Shown: positions 27,766 through 40,097, counted from the stretch's first letter. The stretch: 64,000 bases of DNA from an uncultured Candidatus Saccharibacteria bacterium (GCA_964636435.1 CAZWRS010000002.1:296-64295), one strand, 5' to 3'. The notes: generated by a model from the sequence alone, not told the origin. A program made the numbers and translations.

Positions 27766-29211
27766 ATGAACTACTACATCACCACTTCTATTCCCTATGT
27801 AAATGCTGAGCCGCATATTGGATTTGCGCTGGAGCTGATCATGGCGGACGTGCTGGCGCGGAATGCCCGGGCGCGGGGCCACAAAGTAATCTTTAGTACT
27901 GGTACCGATGAGCATGGCGGCAAGATTGCTGAAAAGGCCGAAGCCAGCAACCAAACGCCCAAGCAGTTTGCGGATACTATCAGCCAGCAGTTCCGGGACT
28001 TGGCCAAGTCGCTTAATGTCAGTAATGACCGTTTTATCCGGACGACGGATCCCGGACACGAACAACGGGCACAGCTGATTTGGCAAGCTCTGGAGAAAGA
28101 CATCTATAAAGGCAACTACAGTGGGCTGTATTGCACCGGTTGCGAGGCATTCGTAACCGAAGCGGTCGCTAAAGAAAACAACGGCATCTGCCCGATCCAT
28201 AACAAGCCGTACGAGACGATTGAGGAAGAGAATTACTTTTTCCGGCTGAGCGCTTACGCCGACAAAATCAAGCAGGCAATTACCGACGGCAGTTTCCGCA
28301 TCATTCCAGCTACCCGCAAGCGTGAGATTCTGAACGTTATCAATGATGGTCTGGATGATATCAGTATCAGCCGACCGAAGGAGCAGATTGCGTGGGGTAT
28401 TCCGGTGCCGGGTGACAAGACGCAGGTCATGTACGTGTGGTTTGAGGCGCTGATGAACTACCTGACGGTACTCGGCTACCCTGAGCACGAGGACTTCAAG
28501 AAGTTCTGGCCGGCCAATGTGCAAGTCATCGGCAAAGACATTATCCGTTTCCACGCGGCAATTTGGCCTGGCATGTTGCTGGCGCTCGGCTTGCCGCTAC
28601 CGAAAGTTCTCTATGTCCATGGCTTCATCAATGCCGAGGGCGGCGTCAAGATGAGCAAATCACTTGGTAATGTCGTGCTGCCAAAGGACGTACTGGCTGA
28701 ATACAGTGCGGACGTGCTGCGCTACTACTTGCTCCGGCACATACCGTCGTACGAAGACGGCGAGTTTAGCTGGGGCCGCCTGCGCGAAGCATATAACGCT
28801 GAGCTAGCCAATGAGCTTGGCAACACCGTGCAGCGAACTGCCGCAATGATCAAGTCCTACCAGAACGGCCTGGTGGGCAATACGCCACCGGCAACCCATG
28901 ACATTGCGCCGTACATCGAGGCGTTGGATACGTGTCGGTTCGATCGGGCACTCGATGAGGTCTGGGATCTGATTCGCGGCCTGAACAGGTATATTGACGA
29001 GCAGAAGCCGTGGGAAATCAATAAACGGGGCGACAAAGGCCACTTGCAAGAGGTGCTGGCCTACCAGGTCAGCTGCCTGCTGCAGATCGCCGAGCTTTTG
29101 CAGCCATTCATGCCGGAGACAGCGCTCAAAATTCGCCACGTGTTTGAAGGTGGCGTCATCCAACCGCTCGAGGGTACACTGTTTCCGCGCAAAGATGCTC
29201 CCGCAGCGTAA
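27766..29211 (+). CDS. metG: Methionine--tRNA ligase
   Basis: YVNAEPHIGF, GTDEHG, YVWFEAL, KMSKS. Confidence 0.97.
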   Translation: MNYYITTSIPYVNAEPHIGFALELIMADVLARNARARGHKVIFSTGTDEHGGKIAEKAEASNQTPKQFADTISQQFRDLAKSLNVSNDRFIRTTDPGHEQRAQLIWQALEKDIYKGNYSGLYCTGCEAFVTEAVAKENNGICPIHNKPYETIEEENYFFRLSAYADKIKQAITDGSFRIIPATRKREILNVINDGLDDISISRPKEQIAWGIPVPGDKTQVMYVWFEALMNYLTVLGYPEHEDFKKFWPANVQVIGKDIIRFHAAIWPGMLLALGLPLPKVLYVHGFINAEGGVKMSKSLGNVVLPKDVLAEYSADVLRYYLLRHIPSYEDGEFSWGRLREAYNAELANELGNTVQRTAAMIKSYQNGLVGNTPPATHDIAPYIEALDTCRFDRALDEVWDLIRGLNRYIDEQKPWEINKRGDKGHLQEVLAYQVSCLLQIAELLQPFMPETALKIRHVFEGGVIQPLEGTLFPRKDAPAA

Positions 29212-29221
29212 GGAGCTATGT

Positions 29222-29989
29222 ATGGAATTCGTTGACACCCACTGCCACATACACTTTCCGGATTACGGCTGTGATCCAGACGAGGCGCGGGAAGCTGCCG
29301 CCGCGCAGGGTGTGACCCGGCTCATGTGCGTTGGCTGCACGCTGGACGATAGTAAATCGGCCGTCGCCTACGCTGCACGGCATGACGGGGTCTGGGCAAG
29401 TATTGGCCTGCACCCGCACGAAGCCGACAGGTATGCGCACGACCATAAAGCCTTGCAGCAGCTGCGCGATTTGGCGAGCAGGCCGAAGGTGGTTGCTGTC
29501 GGAGAGATTGGCTTGGATTACTACTATGAACATTCCCGTCGTGACAACCAGCAGAAGCTGCTGCGTTTTCAGCTAGACCTCGCCAAGGAGCATGGTTTGC
29601 CGGTGATTTTCCATATCCGCGATGCGTTTGAAGACGTGTGGCCGATTGTTGATGACTACCCTGACCTTCGCGGCGTGGTGCACAGCTTTACAGCTACCGA
29701 AAAAGAGCTGGCGCAAGCACTGGAGCGCGGGCTGTATATTGGCCTGAACGGTATCATGACATTCACGAAAGATGAGCGCCAGCTTCAGGCGGCCAAAAAA
29801 GTGCCGCTTGACCGGCTACTTCTGGAGACTGATGCACCGTTCTTGACCCCTGTTCCGTTTCGTGGTAAAGTGTGCGAGCCAGGGCATGTCGTGTTGACGG
29901 CCAAGTTCTTGAGCGATTTACGAGGGGAGTCGTTGGAAGGCTTAGCGGCAGCAACTACGCAGAATGCCCGCGATTTATTTGATATTTAG
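29222..29989 (+). CDS. tatD: TatD family nuclease
   Basis: DTHCH, GLHPH, GEIGLDY, LLETDAPFL. Confidence 0.95.
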   Translation: MEFVDTHCHIHFPDYGCDPDEAREAAAAQGVTRLMCVGCTLDDSKSAVAYAARHDGVWASIGLHPHEADRYAHDHKALQQLRDLASRPKVVAVGEIGLDYYYEHSRRDNQQKLLRFQLDLAKEHGLPVIFHIRDAFEDVWPIVDDYPDLRGVVHSFTATEKELAQALERGLYIGLNGIMTFTKDERQLQAAKKVPLDRLLLETDAPFLTPVPFRGKVCEPGHVVLTAKFLSDLRGESLEGLAAATTQNARDLFDI

Positions 29990-29996
29990 GAGAAGT

Positions 29997-30449
29997 ATGC
30001 TCGGTAACCAAGGCTCAGTCAACCAGCATGGATTTGATTCCAGGGAAGCGCTACGCGACACCAACCCAGAGATGGGTGGTGCCTTTGAGGTTGCCCGTCA
30101 GCGCCAAGCGGTTATTCAGCGAGGTGTCGAGAGCATTTACCGCTCGATAGGTGTCGTGCCACAATCCCCAGAAGTGCAGCGCCATGCTCACCTTCAGGAA
30201 ACAGGACAGTATGACCCGGTCGCTGAAGCAGAGGCGATTACCCGTCAGGCGGCAGAGCAAGAGCGGCAGGCTGCGATGGGTGTCAGTGCTCGCGAACAGT
30301 TGCAAGGCCTGCCAGATAGCAGTCCCCAGGTACCCGACGCTACGCCACACACACCGCCAGCACCAGTATCCGAAATCCAAGATCACGTCTCCTATATCAG
30401 CCAGATTGCCGATCAGCGCTATAACGGGAACCTCCCAGGGTTGAACTAG
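29997..30449 (+). CDS. Hypothetical protein
   Basis: AGGAG SD before ATG; Gln/Ala/Pro-rich. Confidence 0.6.
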   Translation: MLGNQGSVNQHGFDSREALRDTNPEMGGAFEVARQRQAVIQRGVESIYRSIGVVPQSPEVQRHAHLQETGQYDPVAEAEAITRQAAEQERQAAMGVSAREQLQGLPDSSPQVPDATPHTPPAPVSEIQDHVSYISQIADQRYNGNLPGLN

Positions 30450-30450
30450 C

Positions 30451-30822
30451 ATGATACTCAAGAAGTTTATTGACAGCCTGTCGGCCCAGAAAGACGCGCA
30501 GCGCAAAGCTGATCTATATCGTAAGCTACTGCGCCACGAGGCCAAGATCGGGGGCGAAGTCTTTGGTCCGGTCCGTCCTGGCGGCCGCCGGGAGTTCTTT
30601 TGCCTCGACGAGCATACCTGGGTCTGGCACGAGGAGTGGATTGATCAGAACGGGCAGCACCAGTACGCGACCACCCGGTATGATGTGCGGCCAAGTGGCA
30701 TCGTCAAATCTCAGAATGGCCGCTATAGCCCGGTCACGCAGCAGGAGGCACGTAATTTACTGAATGCTGCTGAGCTGTACCGACAGCGCGTCAATACCGA
30801 GCTCTATTCTTTTGTTGTTTAA
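30451..30822 (+). CDS. Hypothetical protein
   Basis: Operonic 123 aa ORF with aromatic-rich core RREFFCLDEHTWVWHEEW. Confidence 0.75.
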   Translation: MILKKFIDSLSAQKDAQRKADLYRKLLRHEAKIGGEVFGPVRPGGRREFFCLDEHTWVWHEEWIDQNGQHQYATTRYDVRPSGIVKSQNGRYSPVTQQEARNLLNAAELYRQRVNTELYSFVV

Positions 30823-30843
30823 TTCATCGAATACGCACTACCT

Positions 30844-31989
30844 ATGAAACAGCCGATTTATATGGATCATGCGGCGGCAACGCCGATGGCACCTTCTGTC
30901 ACGGAGGCGATGCTGCCGTATTTTACGGAACAGTTCCACAACCCCTCAGCGCTCTACCTAGCTGCCAAGCGCATCTCCCGCGATGTTGCCGATGCCCGGG
31001 CCCGAGTAGCGGGACACTTTGGGGCGCGGCCGGCGGAGGTATACTTTACCGCTGGAGGTACGGAAGCGAATAACCTGGCCATTCAGGGCGTCATGCAGCA
31101 GTTCCCTGGTGCCAACGTGGTGGTGAGTGCTATTGAGCACGAATCGGTATTGAAGCCCGCACATCTTCATGATTGTCGAGAGGTGGCTGTCCAGGCCGAT
31201 GGCCGGCTTGATATGAATAGCTTGGGGCAGCAAATAGACGAGCAGACAGTGCTCGTCAGTATTATGTATGCCAATAACGAGATTGGCACCATACAGCCCC
31301 TCAAGCAGGTCGCCCAGCTGTTGCAGGAGGTGCGAAACCGTCGCAAAAACAGTGGCAACACGCTACCTTTGTATTTTCATACTGATGCCTGCCAGGCGAC
31401 GCCGTACCTCGATCTGCATGTAGCCCGCCTGGGCGTTGACATGATGACTATAAACGGCGGCAAAATGTACGGGCCAAAACAGAGCGGTGCCCTCTACGTC
31501 AGCTCATCGGTCGCACTACAGCCGCAGGTAGTCGGTGGTGGCCAGGAGCGAGGTATGCGTAGTGGTACTGAGAATGTGCCCGGTATCGTCGGCTTGGCCG
31601 CCGCGCTCGATGAGGTGCAAGCTCGGCGAGCTGAGGAGAGCGCCCGGCTAAAGGCTTTGCAACAGCTGTTTATCGAGGCGGTAGCTGCAAAACTACCGCA
31701 TGTGCAGATCCGCGGTTCGCTTAAATATCGTTTGCCAAACAACGTCCACCTCACTATACCGGGGGCGGATAATGAGCGGCTGATCATGGCGCTCGATGAA
31801 GCCGGTATCCAAGCGGCAGCTGGTTCGGCCTGCAGTGCGAGTAGTGAGGAGCCGTCGCATGTTCTTAAGGCAATCGGTATGTCAGAGACTGAGGCGCAGA
31901 GCTCGCTGCGCTTCACGATGGGCAGGCAGACGACTGAGGTACAGCAGGTACATACGGTCATAGACAGTCTTGCCCGGCTGCTCGTCTAG
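30844..31989 (+). CDS. iscS: Cysteine desulfurase (IscS/NifS)
   Basis: YMDHAAATP, GGTEANN, HTDACQ, GKMYGPK, GSACS. Confidence 0.93.
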   Translation: MKQPIYMDHAAATPMAPSVTEAMLPYFTEQFHNPSALYLAAKRISRDVADARARVAGHFGARPAEVYFTAGGTEANNLAIQGVMQQFPGANVVVSAIEHESVLKPAHLHDCREVAVQADGRLDMNSLGQQIDEQTVLVSIMYANNEIGTIQPLKQVAQLLQEVRNRRKNSGNTLPLYFHTDACQATPYLDLHVARLGVDMMTINGGKMYGPKQSGALYVSSSVALQPQVVGGGQERGMRSGTENVPGIVGLAAALDEVQARRAEESARLKALQQLFIEAVAAKLPHVQIRGSLKYRLPNNVHLTIPGADNERLIMALDEAGIQAAAGSACSASSEEPSHVLKAIGMSETEAQSSLRFTMGRQTTEVQQVHTVIDSLARLLV

Positions 31990-32018
31990 CCGTATAATGC
32001 AGGTAAGTCACTAAAGTT

Positions 32019-32123
32019 ATGAAAACAAAAATTAAGCAAAAGGTTACTTTCCCGCGCGTTCTCGCGGTTGCCTGTTTGGCGGCACTCGTATACTTGAGTA
32101 CTGTCGGGCCAGTTTATTTTTGA
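32019..32123 (+). CDS. Small membrane peptide (34 aa) MKTKIKQKVTFPRVLAVACLAALVYLSTVGPVYF
   Basis: TATAAT at 31993-31998; basic N-terminus and one TM; not in the ORF track. Confidence 0.45.
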   Translation: MKTKIKQKVTFPRVLAVACLAALVYLSTVGPVYF

Positions 32124-32223
32124 TGCCCTGAGGGATGCACTGCTTTGAAATTTCAGCACACTTGCGCTATAGTCATAGCTAAAGCTAGAAGCATAAACAT
32201 ATTAGGTGGGAGACACATAGAGC

Positions 32224-32847
32224 GTGGAAATCTGGCAACTGGCCCTCATTGTCGGCAGCTTGACAGCGAGTACTGCAGCTTTCGTGTGGATGGCGCTGCA
32301 GAACGGTGGTGGGAGTGGTCGAAAAAAGAAAAAAGGCCAGGATCCGTACACCGACATGGCAGAGAAAGAAGTCGAGCACCTCTTTAGTGAGACGTTTCGT
32401 GAAGAGCTGCGTAACCGCGGCCGCCTGCACTTCGAAAAGATCATTGGCGAAAACGCCATGTTTTTGCAGCAGGACTTGCGGCTGACGACGTCGCAGCTGA
32501 ATGAATTCCTAAAAGAAGAAGTCACCCGGAAGCTCAAGGAAGAGTTTGCTAAGTACGAAGAGTCCATCACCGATGCCAAAGACTTGGCAGTCGAGGCGAT
32601 CACCAAAACCCAGGATGCTATTGAGCAGCAGCATAAGGTTATGAGCCAGCAGCTAGCGGAAGAGTTAGCCAGCGAAAAAGCGCGCATGACGAAGCATTTC
32701 GAAGAAAATATGGCCGATATCGTGAACCATTACGTGCTGGCGGCGATCGGTGATCAAATAGATTTGACCGATCAGCTGGAGTTTATCATTTCCGGGCTAG
32801 AAGAGAACAAAAAGGCAATTATTAAAGATATCACCGAGGGGGCTTAA
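32224..32847 (+). CDS. Subunit b-like protein (N-terminal TM + long coiled coil) of F1-like operon
   Basis: Architecture and position directly before delta-like/alpha/gamma/beta/epsilon; the b assignment is inference. Confidence 0.6.
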   Translation: MEIWQLALIVGSLTASTAAFVWMALQNGGGSGRKKKKGQDPYTDMAEKEVEHLFSETFREELRNRGRLHFEKIIGENAMFLQQDLRLTTSQLNEFLKEEVTRKLKEEFAKYEESITDAKDLAVEAITKTQDAIEQQHKVMSQQLAEELASEKARMTKHFEENMADIVNHYVLAAIGDQIDLTDQLEFIISGLEENKKAIIKDITEGA

Positions 32848-32851
32848 GGGC

Positions 32852-33448
32852 GTGGCAGCTGCAAAACAGAGTGAGATTACGCTACCGATCCAGGTCACCA
32901 GCCGTGCCGAAGTGTCACGATTACTCCGCGAAATTGACCAGGTGGACGACTTCTTGCAGCAATCAGCTATCCGCAAGCCCGGCACTGCCCTGCAGCTGCC
33001 GAAAACCTCCCGGCTGTTGGACGAAATGGCTGCCAGTAATAAGCTCAACCTCCTGCTCAAGAAAGACCGCCTGCGGCTCATCAGCTTCTTGACAGCGATT
33101 AAATCTAAGGCGCCCGTACTGCACATCGGACTGGGGGTTGATCCGGCGCCAGTTTTTGTACAGAAGCTGCTGACCTGGCTGCGCAGTGAGATACATCCCG
33201 TACTGCTGCTGCATATCGGTCTGCAGCCGAGTATTGGCGCTGGTTGTACGGTTCGCGGCAACAGTGCGTACTTTGACTTAAGTCTTCGGCAGCATTTCCG
33301 TGATCAGCGCAGCCTGCTCATCGAGCAGCTGCGCGGTGAAGCGCAGGCGGCGACGGACGCAGCCGCGGCACCGGAAGCTGAAGCAACAGTTGACGGGCAG
33401 GAGCAAGCAGTACCACAGCCAGCCTCCGCAAAGGACGGCAGCGCATGA
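32852..33448 (+). CDS. Delta/OSCP-like subunit
   Basis: LQPSIGAGCTVRGNSAYFDLSL resembles the delta C-terminal DPSLIGG..VIDGSL pattern; position before alpha. Confidence 0.65.
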   Translation: MAAAKQSEITLPIQVTSRAEVSRLLREIDQVDDFLQQSAIRKPGTALQLPKTSRLLDEMAASNKLNLLLKKDRLRLISFLTAIKSKAPVLHIGLGVDPAPVFVQKLLTWLRSEIHPVLLLHIGLQPSIGAGCTVRGNSAYFDLSLRQHFRDQRSLLIEQLRGEAQAATDAAAAPEAEATVDGQEQAVPQPASAKDGSA

Positions 33449-34987
33449 GTAGTTCCCGTTCAAGTACTGCTGCTTCTCGCACCGGCAACAAGCACTTCGA
33501 CAAACTGGTGGCTGCTGGTAACCCAGTTGGCGAAGTTATTGCGGTTGAAAAGTTCCTGATACGCGCTACCGGACTGCAGCCGTGTGCGACGCACGCACTC
33601 GTCATGTTCGAGGACGGCAGCAAGGGCTTTGTGCATCAGATTGCTGATGATCACGTCGTGATTCTGCACTTAGGTGAAGTTCCGGTGAGCGTCGGCACGA
33701 TAGCCGTCGTGCAGCATCAGGAGCTGGTGTGTAAAGTGGGTAAGAACTTCGTTGGCCGGGTTGTGTCGGTCACTGGCGAGCCGCTTGACGGCAAGGGTCC
33801 GATTGCAGCTGATACCACCTGGCCGGTATTTAATCCTGCGCCGCCCCTGTATGAACGCAAGCTGCTCAGCGAGCAGCTAGAGAGCGGCGTGATTACCATT
33901 GATGCCCTGTTTCCAATTGTCCGTGGTCAGCGCATGGCCCTGCTTGGTGACAGTAAGTCGGGTAAAAGTACGCTTGTCACGCAGCTGACGATGAACCAGA
34001 AGAATACTGATCAGGTGGTCGTGTACGTGCTGATTGCCAAACGCCGCAGTGATGTCGAAGAGCTGATTACTCGCCTGGAAGAGTCCGGTGGCATGAAGAA
34101 AGCAGTCGTGGTGGTGGCAACGATGTTCGAATCGCTCATCATGAGTTACATAGCCCCCTATGTCGGCTGTTCGATTGCTGAGTATCTTTGGCAGAAGTGC
34201 GACCAGGACACGATTGTGATTTACGATGATTTGACCTCCCATGCACATGCCTACCGTGAGGTAGCGTTGCTGTCTGGTGTCAGCCCGGGCCGGGACTCCT
34301 ATCCGGGCGATATGTTCTACGCCCATTCGAGTCTTCTGGAGCGTGCCGGACGACTGGAGAAAAGCGGCAAGCATCTCACCAGCATTCCCCTGGTCAACGC
34401 GGCCGGCGGCGATATTACGGCTTACCTGCCGACTAATATCATGTCGATCACAGACGGCCAGTGGATACTGGACATGAACATTTTCCGTGACGGTATTAGG
34501 CCAGCGATCAATATGGGACTCAGTGTCACCCGTGCCGGCGGTGTCGGGCACAATAAGCGCCAAAAGGCACTCGCCTCCCAGACGCTTAAGCTGCTCGCCG
34601 ACTATCGGCAGGCAGCAGAGTATGCTCACTTCGGTACCGAGCTGGCTGCCGAGGCGAAGCGGGCGCTGGCGACGGGCAAAAAAATATTTGAACTGGTGAG
34701 TCAGTCACCGATGGAGACGTACTCACTCATAACGCAGCAACTGATGCTCGATATCATCCTGAACGCTGATAATCCGGATTTGGTCGACCTCGCGGCGCTT
34801 AAGCTGAAAGCGCCTGACTTGGCTGGTAAGGTCAAGAAAGACGACGATTACGCTGCTGTTCATCGGGAGCTGCTGGCCCAGGCTGTCAAGGGCGGCCAAT
34901 CGACTGCGACGCAGTCGCAAAAAGCTTCAGCGGCAGACCCGAAACCAAAGCAGGATGACAAGAAAGAGACGAAAGCTGGGGCAAAAA

Positions 34988-35010
<23 letters not shown>
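33445..35010 (+). CDS. atpA: F1-ATPase alpha-like subunit (divergent)
   Basis: IDALFPIVRGQR, P-loop GDSKSGKS, YDDL, PGRDSYPGDMFYAHSSLLERA, PTNIMSITDGQ, GIRPAIN. Confidence 0.88.
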
Positions 35011-37161
<2,151 letters not shown>

Positions 37162-37168
37162 GTAGCCT

Positions 37169-37465
37169 ATGGTCGAGGAAGCGATGACCGATAGCCAGCA
37201 GCCGGAGCTCACTGTTCCCAAAGGCAAGATGCACGTCAAAGTATACGCACCGTTTAAGACATATTTTAACGGTATAGCTAACAGTATTTCGGCGGTGAAC
37301 GAAACGGGTCCGTTCGATATTCTGCCGCAGCACCACAATTTTATGACGCTGCTCAGTCCCTGCGATATTATCGTCCGGACCGATCAGGGTGACGAGAAGT
37401 TTACGATTACGCGCGGCATTATGCACGTCAAGGCAGACAGGGTCATTGTATTTCTCGATGTCTAA
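37169..37465 (+). CDS. atpC: F1-ATPase epsilon-like subunit, N-terminal beta-sandwich only
   Basis: GPFDILPQH matches epsilon GELGILPGH; ends before the C-terminal helices. Confidence 0.8.
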   Translation: MVEEAMTDSQQPELTVPKGKMHVKVYAPFKTYFNGIANSISAVNETGPFDILPQHHNFMTLLSPCDIIVRTDQGDEKFTITRGIMHVKADRVIVFLDV

Positions 37466-37533
37466 GCGTCGTCAGGAGCAGAAGTTTGCGCGGACTCGAA
37501 AAACATGAGCTAAACTGCTAAAATAGATAGGTT

Positions 37534-38607
37534 ATGGCTAAAACTGTGTACGTCGGTTTGAGTGGCGGCGTTGATTCGTCGGTTACGGCAGCCCTGTTAA
37601 AAGAGCAGGGTTATACGGTCGTGGGCGTATACATGAAAAACTGGAGCCAGGATTTGCCAGGCATGCCCTGTCCCTGGAAGGACGACTACCAGGATGCCAA
37701 GCGGGTTGCTGTCCAGCTGGGCATCGATTTCAAAATGTATGATTTTGAGACTGAGTATCGGCAAAAAGTCGTTGATTATATGATTGATGAGTACAAAGCT
37801 GGCCGCACGCCGAATCCGGATGTCATGTGCAACCAGGAGGTGAAGTTTAAGCTGTTTTTGGAGGCTGCACTGGAAGACGGTGCTGATATGATTGCTACCG
37901 GTCACTATGCCCGCACTGAGGCTGGACGGCTGCTGGTCGCCGCCAATAAGGCCAAGGATCAGACGTACTTTCTCTATCGGGTGACGGATCGTGCGCTGGA
38001 AAAAAGCTTGATGCCGATTGGGGAGTTTGCCACCAAGGATGACGTGCGAGCTATGGCCAAGAAGCTCGGTCTGGTGACGGCGGAGAAGAAAGACAGCCAG
38101 GGCATCTGTTTTGTCGGTAAGGTCGGCATTCGGGAGTTTTTGAGCCAGTACGTCACGACCGAGCCCGGCGCAATCAAAGAGCAGAACGGTGTGACGATTG
38201 GTGAGCATGACGGTGCAATTTTTTATACCATTGGCCAACGGCATGGCCTGCAGGTCGGTGGCGGCCTGCCGTACTACGTGATTGGCAAGGACATGGCCAA
38301 GAACGAGGTGTACGTTACGACCAAACTGGACGATGAAAATCTATGGAAGCAAGATCTGCACTTAACAGATGTGCATTGGATTAATGATCAACCAGATATG
38401 GGAAGGAGCTACCAGGTGCGCACCAGATATCGGGCGCCACTCGTCGAGGGTACGCTTGAGATCGGGCCGACTGGTGAAGGCAGCGCTGTATATAACGTAC
38501 CTACGCTACATATAGCGCTTGCAGACAAAATTCGGGCCATTACCCCCGGTCAATCAGCGGTTATTTACGATGGTGACCGCGTCGTAGGCGGCGGGATTGT
38601 GGTCTAG
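37534..38607 (+). CDS. mnmA: tRNA-specific 2-thiouridylase
   Basis: SGGVDSS, TPNPDVMCN, ATGHY, KDQTYFL, KKDSQGICF, TPGQ. Confidence 0.97.
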   Translation: MAKTVYVGLSGGVDSSVTAALLKEQGYTVVGVYMKNWSQDLPGMPCPWKDDYQDAKRVAVQLGIDFKMYDFETEYRQKVVDYMIDEYKAGRTPNPDVMCNQEVKFKLFLEAALEDGADMIATGHYARTEAGRLLVAANKAKDQTYFLYRVTDRALEKSLMPIGEFATKDDVRAMAKKLGLVTAEKKDSQGICFVGKVGIREFLSQYVTTEPGAIKEQNGVTIGEHDGAIFYTIGQRHGLQVGGGLPYYVIGKDMAKNEVYVTTKLDDENLWKQDLHLTDVHWINDQPDMGRSYQVRTRYRAPLVEGTLEIGPTGEGSAVYNVPTLHIALADKIRAITPGQSAVIYDGDRVVGGGIVV

Positions 38608-38640
38608 TCGAGCGGTAGCCATGTGTATTATGCTAGAGCT

Positions 38641-39813
38641 ATGAAAAGACGCGCTGTTATTATTTTTGGTGTCATTGGCCTGGTAGCGCTTGGTTTTGCG
38701 ATATTTGTCATTATGAGCGTGCAGCGCAGCCTGGCGCCCGCACCAGATAACGCGCCTGATGTCCAGCAGGGCCGCGGCGGGGTGCCTGATCTGCAGGAAG
38801 AAGTGGTGCTTGATGGTCTGAGTCATGTCTGGGATATTGGTTTTTTGCCGGACGGCACAGCGCTATTTACGGAGCGAGCCGGGCAAATTAGCAAGCTCGT
38901 AAACGGTCGAAAAGAAACGATTCACACCGTACCGGACGTGTACGCACGCGGCGAAAGTGGGTTACTGGGTCTCGTCATTGACCCGAAGTTTCGTGAAAAC
39001 CGGTTTGTTTATGCTTGCTACGCGACTGACGAGGACGTGCGTGTCAGCCGCTGGCGCGTAGATGAGCAGGTCAGCAGCCTGACTGGCAAGTCAGACATCG
39101 TGACCGGCATACCGGTCAATACGAGCTTCTATCCTGGCCGGCACTCCGGTTGTCGCCCGCGCTTCGGAGCTGATGGGTACCTGTGGGTTGGCACGGGCGA
39201 TGCGGCCATTGGCAAAAACCCACAGGACCCGAAGTCACTTGGCGGCAAGATACTGCGGGTGGACCGCGACGGCACGGCAGCACCCGGCAATGTTGGAGGC
39301 GAATTTGACAATCGTATCTACAGCTACGGGCATCGTAATGTGCAGGGACTGGCCATGTATGACAAGGTACGAGACGGTTCATACGGCTTCAGTGTTGAGC
39401 ATGGACCGGATAAAGATGATGAGATTAACCCGCTAAAGCCTGGCAATATGGGCTGGAATCCAGTGCCGCTGTATAACGAGCTGGTGGCAATGACGGATAC
39501 CAGCAAGTATGTCGATGCTGTTGAGCCGGTATGGCGGTCGGGAGAGTCCACAATAGCCCCATCCGGCATGACGTTCATTCGTGGTAACAGGTGGAGAGGC
39601 CTCGAGGGGCGGCTGGCGGTAGCAGTGCTCAAAAACCAGCACGTCCGGATCCTGAAGCTGGGTGAGGACAACACGGTGGAGTCCGAGGAGCTGCTCTTTA
39701 CCAATAAATACGGACGGATTCGCAGCGTCGTGATGGGTCCTGACCAGAGTTTGTACTTTACGACTGACAATGGAGAGGGTCAGGACAAACTAGTCAAAGT
39801 CAGCCCCCGGTAG
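38641..39813 (+). CDS. Membrane-anchored PQQ-dependent sugar dehydrogenase (GSDH/YliI family)
   Basis: GESGLLG..DPKF, HSGCRPRFGADGYLWVGTGD, GKILR, YGHRNVQG; N-terminal TM. Confidence 0.88.
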   Translation: MKRRAVIIFGVIGLVALGFAIFVIMSVQRSLAPAPDNAPDVQQGRGGVPDLQEEVVLDGLSHVWDIGFLPDGTALFTERAGQISKLVNGRKETIHTVPDVYARGESGLLGLVIDPKFRENRFVYACYATDEDVRVSRWRVDEQVSSLTGKSDIVTGIPVNTSFYPGRHSGCRPRFGADGYLWVGTGDAAIGKNPQDPKSLGGKILRVDRDGTAAPGNVGGEFDNRIYSYGHRNVQGLAMYDKVRDGSYGFSVEHGPDKDDEINPLKPGNMGWNPVPLYNELVAMTDTSKYVDAVEPVWRSGESTIAPSGMTFIRGNRWRGLEGRLAVAVLKNQHVRILKLGEDNTVESEELLFTNKYGRIRSVVMGPDQSLYFTTDNGEGQDKLVKVSPR

Positions 39814-39894
39814 CTGGCTTAGCAGTAATAAATCCCACAGCCAGGCAGTGGCCAAACCGCCTACACTAAAGGGGCGATTAACGAGGAGGTGCGT

Positions 39895-40059
39895 ATGGCT
39901 ATGGACGACAAGCTGAAGAATGCCGGCAACGACATGAAGCAAAAAGCGGATGATGCAATGGATTCGGCCAAGGATAAGGCCCAGGATGCTAAAACTGACA
40001 TGGCCGAGAAGAAGGGTGAGCTGAAAGGTGGGGCTGAAGAGCGCCGCGACGATGGGTAG
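39895..40059 (+). CDS. CsbD/LEA-like small hydrophilic stress protein (54 aa)
   Basis: GAGGAGGT SD; MAMDDKLKNAGNDMKQKADDAMDSAKDKAQDAK..; not in the ORF track. Confidence 0.75.
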   Translation: MAMDDKLKNAGNDMKQKADDAMDSAKDKAQDAKTDMAEKKGELKGGAEERRDDG

Positions 40060-40097
40060 TGGTCGGGATCTGCAGCCCTAAAGGTGCAGGTGAAAAT

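Noticed and set aside
27625-28554. 309-aa antisense ORF (and similar long antisense ORFs over pyk, DEAD helicase, atpA, alaS, uvrA)
   Set aside because: Lie opposite well-conserved genes; explained by codon bias; no motifs.
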